From NCBI GenBank assembly GCA_020051015.1, contig JAGVJQ010000006.1, positions 2,133 through 66,132 on the forward strand: a stretch of 64,000 nucleotides of DNA. The letters run 5' to 3'. The DNA comes from Gammaproteobacteria bacterium (GTDB taxonomy: Bacteria > Pseudomonadota > Gammaproteobacteria > UBA1113). The notes below the pieces were generated by a model. The model was not told where the DNA came from, did no database searches, and saw only the letters and a program-made list of their open reading frames with translations. This document shows positions 45,803-58,516 of this stretch, piece by piece; the stretch's first letter is position 1, and each line of letters begins with the position of its first letter. Made by a program: the position numbers and the translations under genes.

Positions 45803-47407
45803 ATGACACACGAACACCAACCAGCCTTTAAGAAAAATATTTCTACTTTTTCGTTAACCATGACAGGTGTGACGGCAATTATTGGCTCAGGTTGGTTGCT
45901 AGGAACGCAAAAAATTGCAATTATTGCTGGCCCCGCAAGTTTATTAGCATGGGTAGTCGGTGCTGTTGTTGCTTTGTTAGTAGGTTTGTTTTATATCGAA
46001 ATTGGTAGTACTCACCCATCTTCAGGTGGTATCGGTTATTATTCACATTTAACACATGGTCGTTTTTGTGGCTTTTTAACCTCGTGGATTAACTGGTTGA
46101 GTATTGTTGCTGTGCCGCCAATTGAAGCGCAAGGTATTGTGCAATATCTGAGTCAATTGCAACTGTCCCCATTTTTTGTGAATTGTTATAACTTACAAAC
46201 CCATAATTTAACACCAACCGGCATTGCCTTTGCATTAGTTTTAATGCTGTTTTTCATGTTTATTAATTATTGGAGCGTTAAGATTTTTATCCGCTTTAAT
46301 AACTTCTTTACTATTTTGAAAATGATTGTTCCCATTATGACTATCATTGCCTTGGCCTATGCCGGATTGCATCCACAAAACTTTGGCAAATCAGTGCAAG
46401 AATTTATGCCATTTGGTTGGAAATCAATTTTAACCAGCGTGGTTGCCTGTGGTGTAGTAATGTCATTTAATGGTTTTCAATCTCCATTAACATTCTCCGA
46501 AGAAGTCAAATCACCTAAACGACAATTACCTATTGCGGTAATCGGTAGTATTTTAATTGCCTTTGTCATTTATATGTTATTACAAGCAGTATTTATCGGT
46601 AGTGTTAATCCAACAGCCATTATTAATGGCTGGCAAAGTGTCAACTTCCGCTCGCCTTATGTTGATCTGTTATTATTAGTCAATATGCACTTGATGGTAA
46701 TTACCGTGTATATCGGCTCGGTAATTTCTCCAAGTGCTTGTGGCGCGGCATTTATTGCCTCTAGCTCGCGTATTATGCACTCCTTGTCTAATGAAGGACA
46801 TTTACCTAATTTTCTCGGTATTTTAAATGAAAAATATCGTAATCCACGTCACGCTATTGTTTCATGCGCGATTGTTGGAACATTATTCCTATTCTTGTTT
46901 AAGGGTTGGTATACCTTAGTTGCGGTAATTTCAGTATTACATTTATTTTCATATGTTCCTGCACCAATTATCACGATTGCTAATCGTATTAAAAATCGTG
47001 AATTACACAAAGGTCAAGAAGCATTTGTGTTGCCATTTGCGCATATCATTGCACCATTCTTATTATTTGTTATTTCATTATTGATTTTTTACGCGGCATG
47101 GCCATTGGCCGATGAAATGGCATTATTAATCATTCCTGGTTTAGCATTCTTTTTCTACTATGAATATAAATACCGCCAAGCAACTACATTTTGGCATGTA
47201 TTTAAAGGTGCCTCGTGGTTAATCATTTATATTATCGGTATTAGTTTGATTACTTTCTTTGGTAATAATTCATTACATGCGACTAATTTTATCTCGACAA
47301 CCGATAGTATGATTTTGTTAGCAGTCTTGTCATTAGGTACTTATATTTACGGCGCATTTTATGCGTTAGATCATGTCCCATACGTTTCACCGGAGTATGC
47401 GAATTAA
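45803..47407 (+). CDS. APC-superfamily amino acid permease
   Basis: 534 aa, ~12-14 TM segments. N-terminal FSLTMTGVTAIIGSGWLLG motif typical of amino-acid/polyamine/organocation transporters. Confidence 0.82.
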   Translation: MTHEHQPAFKKNISTFSLTMTGVTAIIGSGWLLGTQKIAIIAGPASLLAWVVGAVVALLVGLFYIEIGSTHPSSGGIGYYSHLTHGRFCGFLTSWINWLSIVAVPPIEAQGIVQYLSQLQLSPFFVNCYNLQTHNLTPTGIAFALVLMLFFMFINYWSVKIFIRFNNFFTILKMIVPIMTIIALAYAGLHPQNFGKSVQEFMPFGWKSILTSVVACGVVMSFNGFQSPLTFSEEVKSPKRQLPIAVIGSILIAFVIYMLLQAVFIGSVNPTAIINGWQSVNFRSPYVDLLLLVNMHLMVITVYIGSVISPSACGAAFIASSSRIMHSLSNEGHLPNFLGILNEKYRNPRHAIVSCAIVGTLFLFLFKGWYTLVAVISVLHLFSYVPAPIITIANRIKNRELHKGQEAFVLPFAHIIAPFLLFVISLLIFYAAWPLADEMALLIIPGLAFFFYYEYKYRQATTFWHVFKGASWLIIYIIGISLITFFGNNSLHATNFISTTDSMILLAVLSLGTYIYGAFYALDHVPYVSPEYAN

Positions 47408-47409
47408 CG

Positions 47410-47757
47410 ATGGCTATAAAAGAACATTTATTTAAAATAATATTTTTCCAACGCGATAATGTTTATGAAATCTATGCTCGTCAAGTGAGTGAATCTGACA
47501 TGTATGGATTTATCGTAGTAGAAGAACTCGTTTTTGGTGAACGTTCTTCAGTGTTAGTTGATCCATCTGAAGAAAAAGTAAAACATGAGTTTGCTGAAGT
47601 GACCCGCACGTATATTCCTATGCATGCTATATTGCGTATTGATGAAGTTGAAAAAGAAGGTGTTGCCACTATTGTTCGGGGTGGCACCAATACCAATAAT
47701 GTTAGTCAGTTTCCTGGAATGACTAACAATAAGATTTCTTCTACGCCGCAAGAATAA
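47410..47757 (+). CDS. Conserved small protein, DUF1820-like
   Basis: 115 aa. VYEIYARQVSESDMYGFIVVEELVFGERSSVLVDPSEEKVKHEFAEVTRTYIPMHAILRIDEVEKEG resembles the gammaproteobacterial DUF1820 pattern as I recall it. Family assignment is unverified. Confidence 0.6.
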   Translation: MAIKEHLFKIIFFQRDNVYEIYARQVSESDMYGFIVVEELVFGERSSVLVDPSEEKVKHEFAEVTRTYIPMHAILRIDEVEKEGVATIVRGGTNTNNVSQFPGMTNNKISSTPQE

Positions 47758-47770
47758 ATTCGTTAATATT

Positions 47771-47934
47771 TAGGGTCTGTTTACAGTTCGCTAGGCTGTG
47801 GCAGAAAGACATGATTTTTGAGCACCGCAGCTATCGTAGGGGCGTATTGCATACGCCCATTTAGCTCTGTGAGCAGCGGAGCGCCGAAAATCGAGGTTTT
47901 ATGCCCAGCATAGTAGAATTGTCAACATACCCTA
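47771..47934. mobile_element. MITE, family H (imperfect ~28-bp TIRs TAGGGTCTGTTTACAGTTCGCTAGGCTG / CATAGTAGAATTGTCAACATACCCTA) with a family B REP nested at its centre
   Basis: The two halves are imperfect inverted copies (e.g. GCGGTGCTCAAAAATCATG vs GCGGAGCGCCGAAAATCGAGG). CGTAGGGGCGTATTGCATACGCCCAT sits at 47835-47860 between them. Confidence 0.65.
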
Positions 47935-47977
47935 AAAAAACTTACTTCTATTTTTATAACTATAGTGGAGTCGAGTG

Positions 47978-48340
47978 ATGTTTTCTGTAAAAGAAATACC
48001 TATAACCATGAAGATACGAGGCATAGGCACAATTTCAAGAATAGCCAAAACGTATACATTGATTCGCGAAAATACCGGCCAACGTTGGAAAGCAGAAGCA
48101 GGGTGTTATTATCAAGTTAGTCAAAGAAAATGTTTGGGCTTGTCATTTACATCGCCAGCATCTTTAGGTCGAGATCTAACTGATGATGAAAAAAAAATCA
48201 TGATTGAATTAATCAACGTCTTTGAAGAAAGAATTAAGAATAGAAGGTGTAGCACGGGGTCAATAAACAGTTCTGCTAGTGATGAATATAACTACGAGGC
48301 TGATAGTGAATTTCCTTCAAAACTCGGGTTTTCAGGATAA
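47978..48340 (+). CDS. Hypothetical protein (120 aa), no recognisable family
   Basis: ORF with GGAG (47967-47970) 7 nt before ATG 47978. The composition is ordinary but I recognise no motif. Confidence 0.45.
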   Translation: MFSVKEIPITMKIRGIGTISRIAKTYTLIRENTGQRWKAEAGCYYQVSQRKCLGLSFTSPASLGRDLTDDEKKIMIELINVFEERIKNRRCSTGSINSSASDEYNYEADSEFPSKLGFSG

Positions 48341-48435
48341 GGCCTTGTGGCTTTTAATTCATAGCCAACGCCATGCTACCAATGTTCTAAAAATATGGTA
48401 TAGTCTACGCCTAAGTTGACTATAGGAATCTACCT

Positions 48436-49464
48436 ATGATCGGACCCATTATTGCCGATATTGAAGGCATCGCATTATCAGCCGAAGATCAGGAATTGTT
48501 GCGACATCCCTTGATTGGTGGCGTTATTTTATTCACGCGTAATTATTCTGAACCGGAGCAATTAAAGTCATTAATTGACTCCATTAAAGCGCTTAAGCGA
48601 CCTTCACCATTGTTAATTTCAGTTGACCACGAAGGTGGCCGGGTACAACGGTTTAGGCCTGGATTTACCAAGCTTCCGCCCATGGCATTAATCGGCAAAC
48701 TTTATGATAACGATCCTGCAAAAGCCATAAAAGCAGCTTTTTTAGTCGGTTGGTTATTAGCTGCTGAATTACGCTCATATAATATTGATTACAGTTATAC
48801 GCCAGTGCTGGATTTGAATTATGATGTAAGTGCCATAATTGGTGATCGTGCATTCCATCAAGATCCTCAAGTCGTAATTATTTTGACCAAGTCCCTGATT
48901 GATGGTTTACATAGTGCCGGCATGGCTGCAACCGGTAAGCATTTTCCAGGGCATGGCGCGGTACAAGCTGATTCGCATGTTGCGATTCCAGTTGATGATC
49001 GTGACATGACAACTATTTGGCAAACGGATATCGTGCCATATGCGGCATTAATTAAACAAAACTGCCTCGATAGTATTATGACGGCACATGTGATTTATCA
49101 GCAAATCGATCCTGATCCTCCCTGTTTTTCATCGTTTTGGTTACAACGCGTATTACGCGATGAATTGAATTTTCGTGGCGTGATTATTTCTGATGATTTG
49201 ACGATGGAAGGGGCGACGGTTGCTGGCAATTATGCCGCACGTGCAGAGTTAGCTTTGCATGCTGGTTGTGACATGCTGTTAATTTGTAATAAACGTGAAG
49301 CCGTTATTGAAGCATTAGAGCATATTAGCCAATTTTATGTGCCCAATCTTGAGATGAACCAGCGTTGTCAAAAATTGTATGCAAAACCGTTGCCGAATGA
49401 TTTTCAACAACATTCAAATTGGCAAGCTGCGGTAGCGGTTGTTAATGAACTAAACGAACAATAG
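48436..49464 (+). CDS. nagZ: Beta-N-acetylhexosaminidase (peptidoglycan recycling)
   Basis: 342 aa. [22 protein letters not shown] and KHFPGHG blocks of GH3 NagZ. Confidence 0.93.
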   Translation: MIGPIIADIEGIALSAEDQELLRHPLIGGVILFTRNYSEPEQLKSLIDSIKALKRPSPLLISVDHEGGRVQRFRPGFTKLPPMALIGKLYDNDPAKAIKAAFLVGWLLAAELRSYNIDYSYTPVLDLNYDVSAIIGDRAFHQDPQVVIILTKSLIDGLHSAGMAATGKHFPGHGAVQADSHVAIPVDDRDMTTIWQTDIVPYAALIKQNCLDSIMTAHVIYQQIDPDPPCFSSFWLQRVLRDELNFRGVIISDDLTMEGATVAGNYAARAELALHAGCDMLLICNKREAVIEALEHISQFYVPNLEMNQRCQKLYAKPLPNDFQQHSNWQAAVAVVNELNEQ

Positions 49465-49486
49465 AGTACTAAAAGAGGAATGCATT

Positions 49487-50047
49487 ATGCACTTACCCAA
49501 ACATATTCAAGAAGTATATAAGCGATCAACCTGTTTATATACCAAAGAACAAGTAGAAGCAGCATTGGATCGTATGGCCAGTGAAATGAATGAAGTGCTT
49601 GCGGAAAAAAATCCTATTATTTTATGTGTCATGATTGGTGGTTTAGTGCCAGTAGGAAATTTATTACCTAGATTAGATTTTCCTATGGAATTACATTATG
49701 TACATGCGACACGCTATCGTGGTGAAATTCGCGGTGGTGATTTGCATTGGAAAGCCAGCCCTAGTTTTTCAATTCAAAATCGTGTTGTAGTCGTCATTGA
49801 TGATATTCTTGATGGCGGATTAACATTAGCAGCTATCTTAGAATATTGCCGTGAACATGGTGCGTCTGAAGTTTATAGTGCAGTTTTGGTGGATAAACAT
49901 CATGTCCGTGAAAACGGTGGCACTGAAAAAGCTGACTTTACTGGTTTAAGAGTTGATGACCATTATATTTTTGGTTATGGCATGGATTATAACGAATATT
50001 TACGTAATGCCCCAGGTATCTTTGTAGTTGATCCACAAGATGAGTAA
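49487..50047 (+). CDS. hpt: Hypoxanthine-guanine phosphoribosyltransferase-like protein
   Basis: 186 aa. PRPP loop [14 protein letters not shown] and C-terminal FGYGMDY block. Confidence 0.85.
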   Translation: MHLPKHIQEVYKRSTCLYTKEQVEAALDRMASEMNEVLAEKNPIILCVMIGGLVPVGNLLPRLDFPMELHYVHATRYRGEIRGGDLHWKASPSFSIQNRVVVVIDDILDGGLTLAAILEYCREHGASEVYSAVLVDKHHVRENGGTEKADFTGLRVDDHYIFGYGMDYNEYLRNAPGIFVVDPQDE

Positions 50048-50783
50048 AGTAGCCATTATTGGAGGCTCAGTACTTCCCAAATTATATGATTTCCAAGCGC
50101 AGCAAGAAGATTTGCCAAAGACACCCTTTGGCCATCCAACATCACCATTGCAAACAGGTCTTTTTGCTGGGCAAGAAATTGTTTATTTAAATCGACATGG
50201 TATTGAGCGCCGAACAGCACCGCATAAAATTAATTATCGCGCTAATATGTGGGCGTTAAAAGAGGCCGGTGTGGATGTCATTATTGGTTTAAGTGTGGTT
50301 GGTGGTATTCGCTCTGATATGGTGCCAGGCCATTTTGTATTTCCTGATCAATTGATTGATTATACTTATGGTCGTCCGAGTACTTGTTTTGAAGATAATT
50401 TTGATTATACCAAACACATCGATTTTACTTATCCATACTGTCCAAAGCTGCATCGTTTATTAATTGAAGCAGCACAAGAATTAGCATTAGATTTTACTGA
50501 TGATGCCACTTATGGCGTAACTCAAGGTCCGCGTTTCGAAACCATTGCTGAAATTAATCGTATGGAACGTGACGGTTGTGACATTGTTGGTATGACCGCG
50601 ATGCCTGAAGCCTTGTTAGCACGTGAGTTAGGAATGCGATACGCCAGTATTGCATTAGTTGCATCAAAAGCAGCAGGGCGCACAGATGGATTGAGCGTTA
50701 GTTTAACGGAAATTAAAACAGTTATTGATGATTGTTTAGTTCAAATGCATCAATTATTGTTGAAAGTGGTCGCGAAGGTGTGA
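50040..50783 (+). CDS. mtnP: S-methyl-5'-thioadenosine / thioinosine phosphorylase (MTAP family)
   Basis: [10 protein letters not shown]... then RHG..H...[16 protein letters not shown] and [11 protein letters not shown] blocks of PNP/MTAP. ATG 50040 overlaps the hpt stop. Confidence 0.88.
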   Translation: MSKVAIIGGSVLPKLYDFQAQQEDLPKTPFGHPTSPLQTGLFAGQEIVYLNRHGIERRTAPHKINYRANMWALKEAGVDVIIGLSVVGGIRSDMVPGHFVFPDQLIDYTYGRPSTCFEDNFDYTKHIDFTYPYCPKLHRLLIEAAQELALDFTDDATYGVTQGPRFETIAEINRMERDGCDIVGMTAMPEALLARELGMRYASIALVASKAAGRTDGLSVSLTEIKTVIDDCLVQMHQLLLKVVAKV

Positions 50784-50809
50784 GCGAGGCACTGTTATAA
50801 TCCGATTCG

Positions 50810-51037
50810 GACAGCCCCTCTCCCCCAACCCCCATACGCGTCAAGCTAAGACCTGCAAACCCCCAAGAACCCCTCTCCCCAGCCCTCTCCCGCACAGCTT
50901 CAACATTAATAAAGCTGCAAAATCCAGCGTATAGCTGCGGGGAGAGGGAGCTTTTCGTGCAAATTTTAGACTCTTCTCGCTTAGCTTGACGCGTATGCCC
51001 CCAATCCCTCCCCCGCACTTCGTGGGGGGAGGGGAGC
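50810..51037. mobile_element. Nested repeat: a family F hairpin element interrupted by a ~165-bp element with perfect 18-bp TIRs
   Basis: GACAGCCCCTCTCCCCCAACCCC (50810-50832) and CCCTCCCCCGCACTTCGTGGGGGGAGGGGAGC (51006-51037) are contiguous in the uninterrupted copy at 17748-17800. Between them lie CATACGCGTCAAGCTAAG (50833-50850) ... CTTAGCTTGACGCGTATG (50980-50997), enclosing a copy of the 17565-17646 unit. Confidence 0.8.
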
Positions 51038-51063
51038 AGATCGATAAGTTACGCAGATTAAAT

Positions 51064-54483
<3,420 letters not shown>

Positions 54484-54484
54484 A

Positions 54485-54655
54485 GTAGCCCGGGGCGCAG
54501 CCCCGGGATCTGGCCTGTTTTTACGGAATGACAATAGACAAGAAATGTAAAAATGTAGCCCGGGACGAAGTCCCGGGGAGCAGTCCCGGGGAGCAGCCCC
54601 GGAGAGCAGCCCCGGGATCTGAGACATTGCTCCCCGGGACTTCGTCCCGGGCTAC
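54485..54655. repeat. Family C REP cluster (GTAGCCCGGG-headed hairpins plus a short tandem CCCGGGGAGCAG array) filling most of the ftsK-lolA gap
   Basis: GTAGCCCGGGGCGCAGCCCCGGGATCTG (54485-54512). GTAGCCCGGGACGAAGTCCCGGGG (54555-54578), inverted as CCCCGGGACTTCGTCCCGGGCTAC (54632-54655). Between them lies TCCCGGGGAGCAG x2 followed by degenerate copies. Confidence 0.85.
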
Positions 54656-54675
54656 ATATAATAGGAAAACCGATT

Positions 54676-55311
54676 ATGACAAGTTTTTTAAAAGCATTAG
54701 TAATGGCATCATTTTTATTCATTACTGGTACAGCTATGGCAACTATGCCAACAACCCCAGCTGAACAATTAGTGCAGTTGTTAGCGCAATATCAAAATTT
54801 GACGGCTAATTTTGAGCAGGGTGTATTCGATGCCAATGGAACATTAGTACAAAATAGTAGTGGTAATATGGCGGTGCAACGGCCAGAAAATTTTCGATGG
54901 TTTACGCAAAATCCTAATGAACAATTGATTCTTACTGACGGTAAAAAATTATGGGTTTATGATATTGATTTAGCGCAAGTCACCATTAGTCAATTGCAAA
55001 AGAAAACGGGAACGACACCAGCGATGTTGATCACAACGTCATCGCAAGAAATGCAGCAAAATTATAATGTTTCAATTTATCCTAGTCCTGATTCTGAATT
55101 GGTTTATCAATTGTTACCCAAAGCTAAAAATGCAGATTTTCAATGGGTACGTTTCTTTTTCGTTAATAAACAAATTCACAAAATGCAAATTCGGGATAAT
55201 ATTGGCCAACTGACTTCAATTACATTCAGCCAGCTTAAGGCGAATTCAACCTTGCCTAAATCACTATTCGTACTGACTATTCCGAAAGGGGTGGATGTGG
55301 TAAAGGAATAA
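54676..55311 (+). CDS. lolA: Outer-membrane lipoprotein carrier protein LolA
   Basis: 211 aa. Signal peptide MTSFLKALVMASFLFITGTAMA and F.Q...D.....Q...G......P..FRW pattern. ftsK-lolA synteny as in other Gammaproteobacteria. Confidence 0.9.
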   Translation: MTSFLKALVMASFLFITGTAMATMPTTPAEQLVQLLAQYQNLTANFEQGVFDANGTLVQNSSGNMAVQRPENFRWFTQNPNEQLILTDGKKLWVYDIDLAQVTISQLQKKTGTTPAMLITTSSQEMQQNYNVSIYPSPDSELVYQLLPKAKNADFQWVRFFFVNKQIHKMQIRDNIGQLTSITFSQLKANSTLPKSLFVLTIPKGVDVVKE

Positions 55312-55460
55312 ACCTCTGGCCAAATAGTAATCATTATGATATTATCCACCCAATTCGGGGCCGGTTAATACCGGAAATAATAAGACAGAAAATTAATTAA
55401 TTAAACCAATGCCAATGCGCCTTGAGAATGCATTGGGCATATCAGCATGAGAGGAAAAGA

Positions 55461-55937
55461 ATGCGCAAGATTCCAATGACGGTAGGCGGTAAAACTAAAT
55501 TACAAGAAGAATTAGATCATTTAAAACGCGTGGTTCGTATCGAAGTCATTAATGCGATTGCCGAAGCACGTGCCCATGGTGATTTAAAAGAAAATGCTGA
55601 ATATCACGCTGCGCGTGAGCGTCAAAGCTTTGTTGAAGGCCGTATTGAACAATTAGAATCAGTGTTGTCCCGTGCGGAAGTCATTGACGTGACTCGTATC
55701 CCCCATACCGGTCGTGTCATTTTCGGGGTCACGGTGCAACTTATTAATACCGATAATGATGACATTATCATTTACCAAATCGTCGGCGAAGAAGAGGCAG
55801 ATATTAAAGCAGGCAAAATTTCTGTTACATCTCCGCTAGCAAGAGCTATGATTGGTAAAGAAGAAGGTGATGTGATTGAGGTGCAAACACCGGCTGGTAT
55901 TATCAGCTATGAAATTGGTGTTGTACGTCACGAATAA
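55461..55937 (+). CDS. greA: Transcription elongation factor GreA
   Basis: [22 protein letters not shown]...[36 protein letters not shown] at 55450-55453 precedes ATG 55461. The track ORF starts upstream at 55422. Confidence 0.95.
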   Translation: MRKIPMTVGGKTKLQEELDHLKRVVRIEVINAIAEARAHGDLKENAEYHAARERQSFVEGRIEQLESVLSRAEVIDVTRIPHTGRVIFGVTVQLINTDNDDIIIYQIVGEEEADIKAGKISVTSPLARAMIGKEEGDVIEVQTPAGIISYEIGVVRHE

Positions 55938-55960
55938 GATGTGTTGGGTAAGTTAGAGCC

Positions 55961-55984
55961 GTAGCCCGGGACGAAGTCCCGGGG
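55961..55984. repeat. Solo family C REP hairpin after greA (possible terminator)
   Basis: GTAGCCCGGGACGAAGTCCCGGGG lies 24 nt after the greA stop and is identical to the unit at 54555-54578. Confidence 0.8.
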
Positions 55985-56069
55985 AAAGACATATATGTTT
56001 TAATATTAAGGGGAAGTACCCACAAATTGCCTTGGGAACAATCAGTAACGATAACGTAGGAGGTAAACT

Positions 56070-56780
56070 ATGAAGTTACGTTCACTTATTTTAAGTGCTG
56101 CCACTATGGCAACCATGTTGGTTTCTGCTAACAGTTATGCCTTTATGGATTGGTTATTTGGGCCAGGGATTAATTTTAATCCAAAAGATGTTAATGGCCT
56201 GACTTATGATCAATTATCTGGTAACAAAAGCCAATTAGATCCACAAGTTTTCAATTTGGGCTTGAAAGCCTATAGTTGTGCAAATAAACGCGGTCTGGAA
56301 GACAAGCCAGTCTTAACCATCATTGATTATTCAAAACCATCATCACAACCACGGATGTGGGTCATTGATTTAGCACACAAAAAAGTCAAATATCAAGAAT
56401 TAGTTGCCCATGGCAAAAATAGTGGTGAATTAGTGCCGACACATTTTTCTAATTCATCAAATAGCTTGGAATCAAGTATTGGCGTATATAAAACAGCCTA
56501 TACCTATACTGGCAAGAACGGTTATTCATTACGCTTACAAGGTTTAGAACAAGGTTATAACAGTAATGCGATGTCGCGTGCGGTAGTGATTCATGGTGCT
56601 GATTATGTTAGTCAGGATATGATTCAAAAATATGGTGAAATTGGCCGTAGTTGGGGGTGCCCGGCGGTAAGCAAAAATATGTTGAAACCAACAATTAATA
56701 CAATCAAGGGTGGTACGTTAGTCTTTGCTTATTATCCCGATCGTTCTTGGTTAAGACAATCGTCTTTCTTGCATTGTTAA
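56070..56780 (+). CDS. L,D-transpeptidase catalytic-domain (YkuD_2-like) protein, secreted
   Basis: 236 aa. Signal peptide (MKLRSLILSAATMATMLVSANSYA). VAHGKNSG and VVIHGADYV...GRSWGCPAV blocks with the catalytic Cys. Confidence 0.8.
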   Translation: MKLRSLILSAATMATMLVSANSYAFMDWLFGPGINFNPKDVNGLTYDQLSGNKSQLDPQVFNLGLKAYSCANKRGLEDKPVLTIIDYSKPSSQPRMWVIDLAHKKVKYQELVAHGKNSGELVPTHFSNSSNSLESSIGVYKTAYTYTGKNGYSLRLQGLEQGYNSNAMSRAVVIHGADYVSQDMIQKYGEIGRSWGCPAVSKNMLKPTINTIKGGTLVFAYYPDRSWLRQSSFLHC

Positions 56781-56794
56781 TGGATTTACAAGAA

Positions 56795-56861
56795 TAGGAT
56801 GGGTGGGCTAAATATTGTTGCCCTCGAAGAGGTATCGCATAACAATATGTGCCCACCCTAC
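56795..56861. repeat. Family A REP hairpin
   Basis: GGGTGGGCTAAATATTGTT-GCCCTCGAAGAGGTATCGCAT-AACAATATGTGCCCACCCTAC. The first ~50 nt are identical to 701-750. Confidence 0.85.
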
Positions 56862-56894
56862 ATAACTAATCCATATTTACGTAGAACCTGGGGG

Positions 56895-57224
56895 TTAGCG
56901 CGGCCGCGGAGCTTCGGCTGCGCACATTCGAGCTACTCTTTCTTCTTGTAGTTGATGTTTACTTACCGGATGTTCCATAAAAAAGTTATGAAGCCATGCG
57001 TGAACCGATACTGGAGTTCTTATAGTTGCCCTACTGTTATTGCGACCAATCCAATCTACGGCAATAGTTTTTTCTACAGGAGCTGATGGTATTGTTCGAA
57101 CAGCAACTTTTGGAGCAATCGCTTTCTGTAAGTCACCTAGTGTAAAGGTTGGTACGCGATGGCTCATATCTTTTTTTACTAAAGGCTTTGTAGCATCTTG
57201 TAATTCTTGCGTTGTCTTTGGCAT
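56895..57224 (-). CDS. Hypothetical protein (109 aa), no recognisable family
   Basis: ORF with GAGG ~11 nt upstream of the ATG. The 3' end is unusually GC-rich (GCGCGGCCGCGGAGCTTCGGCTGCGC). No motif recognised. Confidence 0.4.
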   Translation of the reverse strand: MPKTTQELQDATKPLVKKDMSHRVPTFTLGDLQKAIAPKVAVRTIPSAPVEKTIAVDWIGRNNSRATIRTPVSVHAWLHNFFMEHPVSKHQLQEERVARMCAAEAPRPR

Positions 57225-57389
57225 AATAATTAACCTCTTTAATACATTTCATAATTTCTAGGATTGTCATTATATGCTTTAATTATTAACTAAAAATTAA
57301 ACCCCATAAATTAGTTAAATTTTAAAGATATCAGAAGGTCGTATGCGATATTGATTATCACATGACATAAACAACTTTCACTGATCTAA

Positions 57390-57528
57390 CGTAGGGGCGT
57401 ATTGCATACGCCCATCATGCCAAATCACTGAACTGGCTTAATTATTGGGTCTAGTGACGTTTGAAATATTGTACAGGACGGACGATTTTTGATATTTGAT
57501 AAATGGGCGTATGCAATACGCCCCTACG
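57390..57528. mobile_element. MITE, family B, second full-length copy
   Basis: CGTAGGGGCGTATTGCATACGCCCAT ... ATGGGCGTATGCAATACGCCCCTACG with extended flanks GATCTAA/TTAGATC. Same architecture and size as 13969-14109, but the internal sequence is largely different. Confidence 0.85.
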
Positions 57529-57703
57529 TTAGATCGGTATAAATTGAGGGAGGATAGTGCGTGTTTCAAGCACTTATTCTAGATTTCAGTGTTAAATTTG
57601 CATTATTCAACACAGCATGATGTTCAATTTCATTGCTTTACGCTATATTAAAAAGTGTTTGCCCCAGCTACAATTACCCGCCACATTATAATTGTTATCT
57701 TCC

Positions 57704-57732
57704 TTGTCACACCTAGTCAAAATCGCTATAAT
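57704..57732 (+). promoter_or_regulatory. Candidate sigma70 promoter of the sdh operon
   Basis: TTGTCA (57704-57709), 17 nt spacer, TATAAT (57727-57732), ~65 nt upstream of the sdhC GTG. Confidence 0.45.
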
Positions 57733-57797
57733 TTCCGCTGTTTCTCAATTAACACCCAAGTGTTCATTTTCCAAACAATCTGTAAGGAAGTACTGCT

Positions 57798-58172
57798 GTG
57801 AAAAAAGACAGACCAGTTAATCTTGATCTGACTACGATCCGTTTTCCTATTACGGCCATCGTGTCGATTTTGCATCGCCTATCTGGCGTATTTATATTTT
57901 TAATTATCCCTTTTCTACTCTGGGCGCTTGAGCAATCCGCTTTTTCAGAAGAAGGTTATTTAAACCTGCAAGATTGCTTATCCAGTCCAATTAGTAAAGT
58001 TATTATCTGGGTTATTTTATCGGCATTACTTTATCATTTAGTGGCGGGTATTCGTCATTTATTTATGGATATGGGTGTTTGCGAAGAGCGTGAGTCGGGC
58101 CGTATTTGTGCTCGCGTTACGCTTATTAGCGGCATCGTTTTGGCAATTTTAGTAGGGGTGTGGTTATGGTAA
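57798..58172 (+). CDS. sdhC: Succinate dehydrogenase cytochrome b556 subunit
   Basis: 124 aa, GTG start preceded by AAGGAAG. RPVNLDLTTIRFPITAIVSILHRLSGV is the conserved SdhC N-terminus with the heme-ligand His. Confidence 0.92.
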   Translation: MKKDRPVNLDLTTIRFPITAIVSILHRLSGVFIFLIIPFLLWALEQSAFSEEGYLNLQDCLSSPISKVIIWVILSALLYHLVAGIRHLFMDMGVCEERESGRICARVTLISGIVLAILVGVWLW

Positions 58173-58513
58173 AGAATGCAACCAGCTATTCCGGCAATGG
58201 TTTACGTGATTGGTTAGTACAACGTGTATCAGCGGTGGTGCTTGGCTTATATATGATTTTCTTGTTGGTTGTCATCGTCAGTCATCCAGGTATGGATTAT
58301 GCAACCTGGCAAGGCTTATTTGGCCAATTATGGATGAAAGTCATCACTTTTATTGCCTTGTTGAGTTTATTTGCGCATGCGTGGATTGGTGTCTGGACAG
58401 TCTTAACCGATTACGTCAAACCAACGTGCATACGGATGCCATTAGAAGTCTTAGTAATTTTAGCGTTACTTGCCTATTTAATTTGGGGCATTGAAATTGT
58501 GTGGAGCATTTAA
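58166..58513 (+). CDS. sdhD: Succinate dehydrogenase hydrophobic membrane anchor subunit
   Basis: Three TM helices. ...GLRDWLVQRVSAVVL... and HAWIGVWTVLTDY blocks. ATG 58166 overlaps the sdhC stop (ATGGTAA). Confidence 0.9.
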   Translation: MVKNATSYSGNGLRDWLVQRVSAVVLGLYMIFLLVVIVSHPGMDYATWQGLFGQLWMKVITFIALLSLFAHAWIGVWTVLTDYVKPTCIRMPLEVLVILALLAYLIWGIEIVWSI

Positions 58514-58516
58514 CCC

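Noticed and set aside
50722-51018. 98-aa minus-strand ORF between MTAP and trxB
   Set aside because: It is a translation of the nested family F repeats (Gly/Glu/Arg-rich). It overlaps the MTAP 3' end and has no RBS.
58210-58494. 94-aa alternative-frame ORF inside sdhD, plus other 60-140-aa internal or antisense ORFs in housekeeping genes throughout the track
   Set aside because: They are fully embedded in well-supported conserved genes, lack RBSs, and have odd composition. They are standard six-frame noise.
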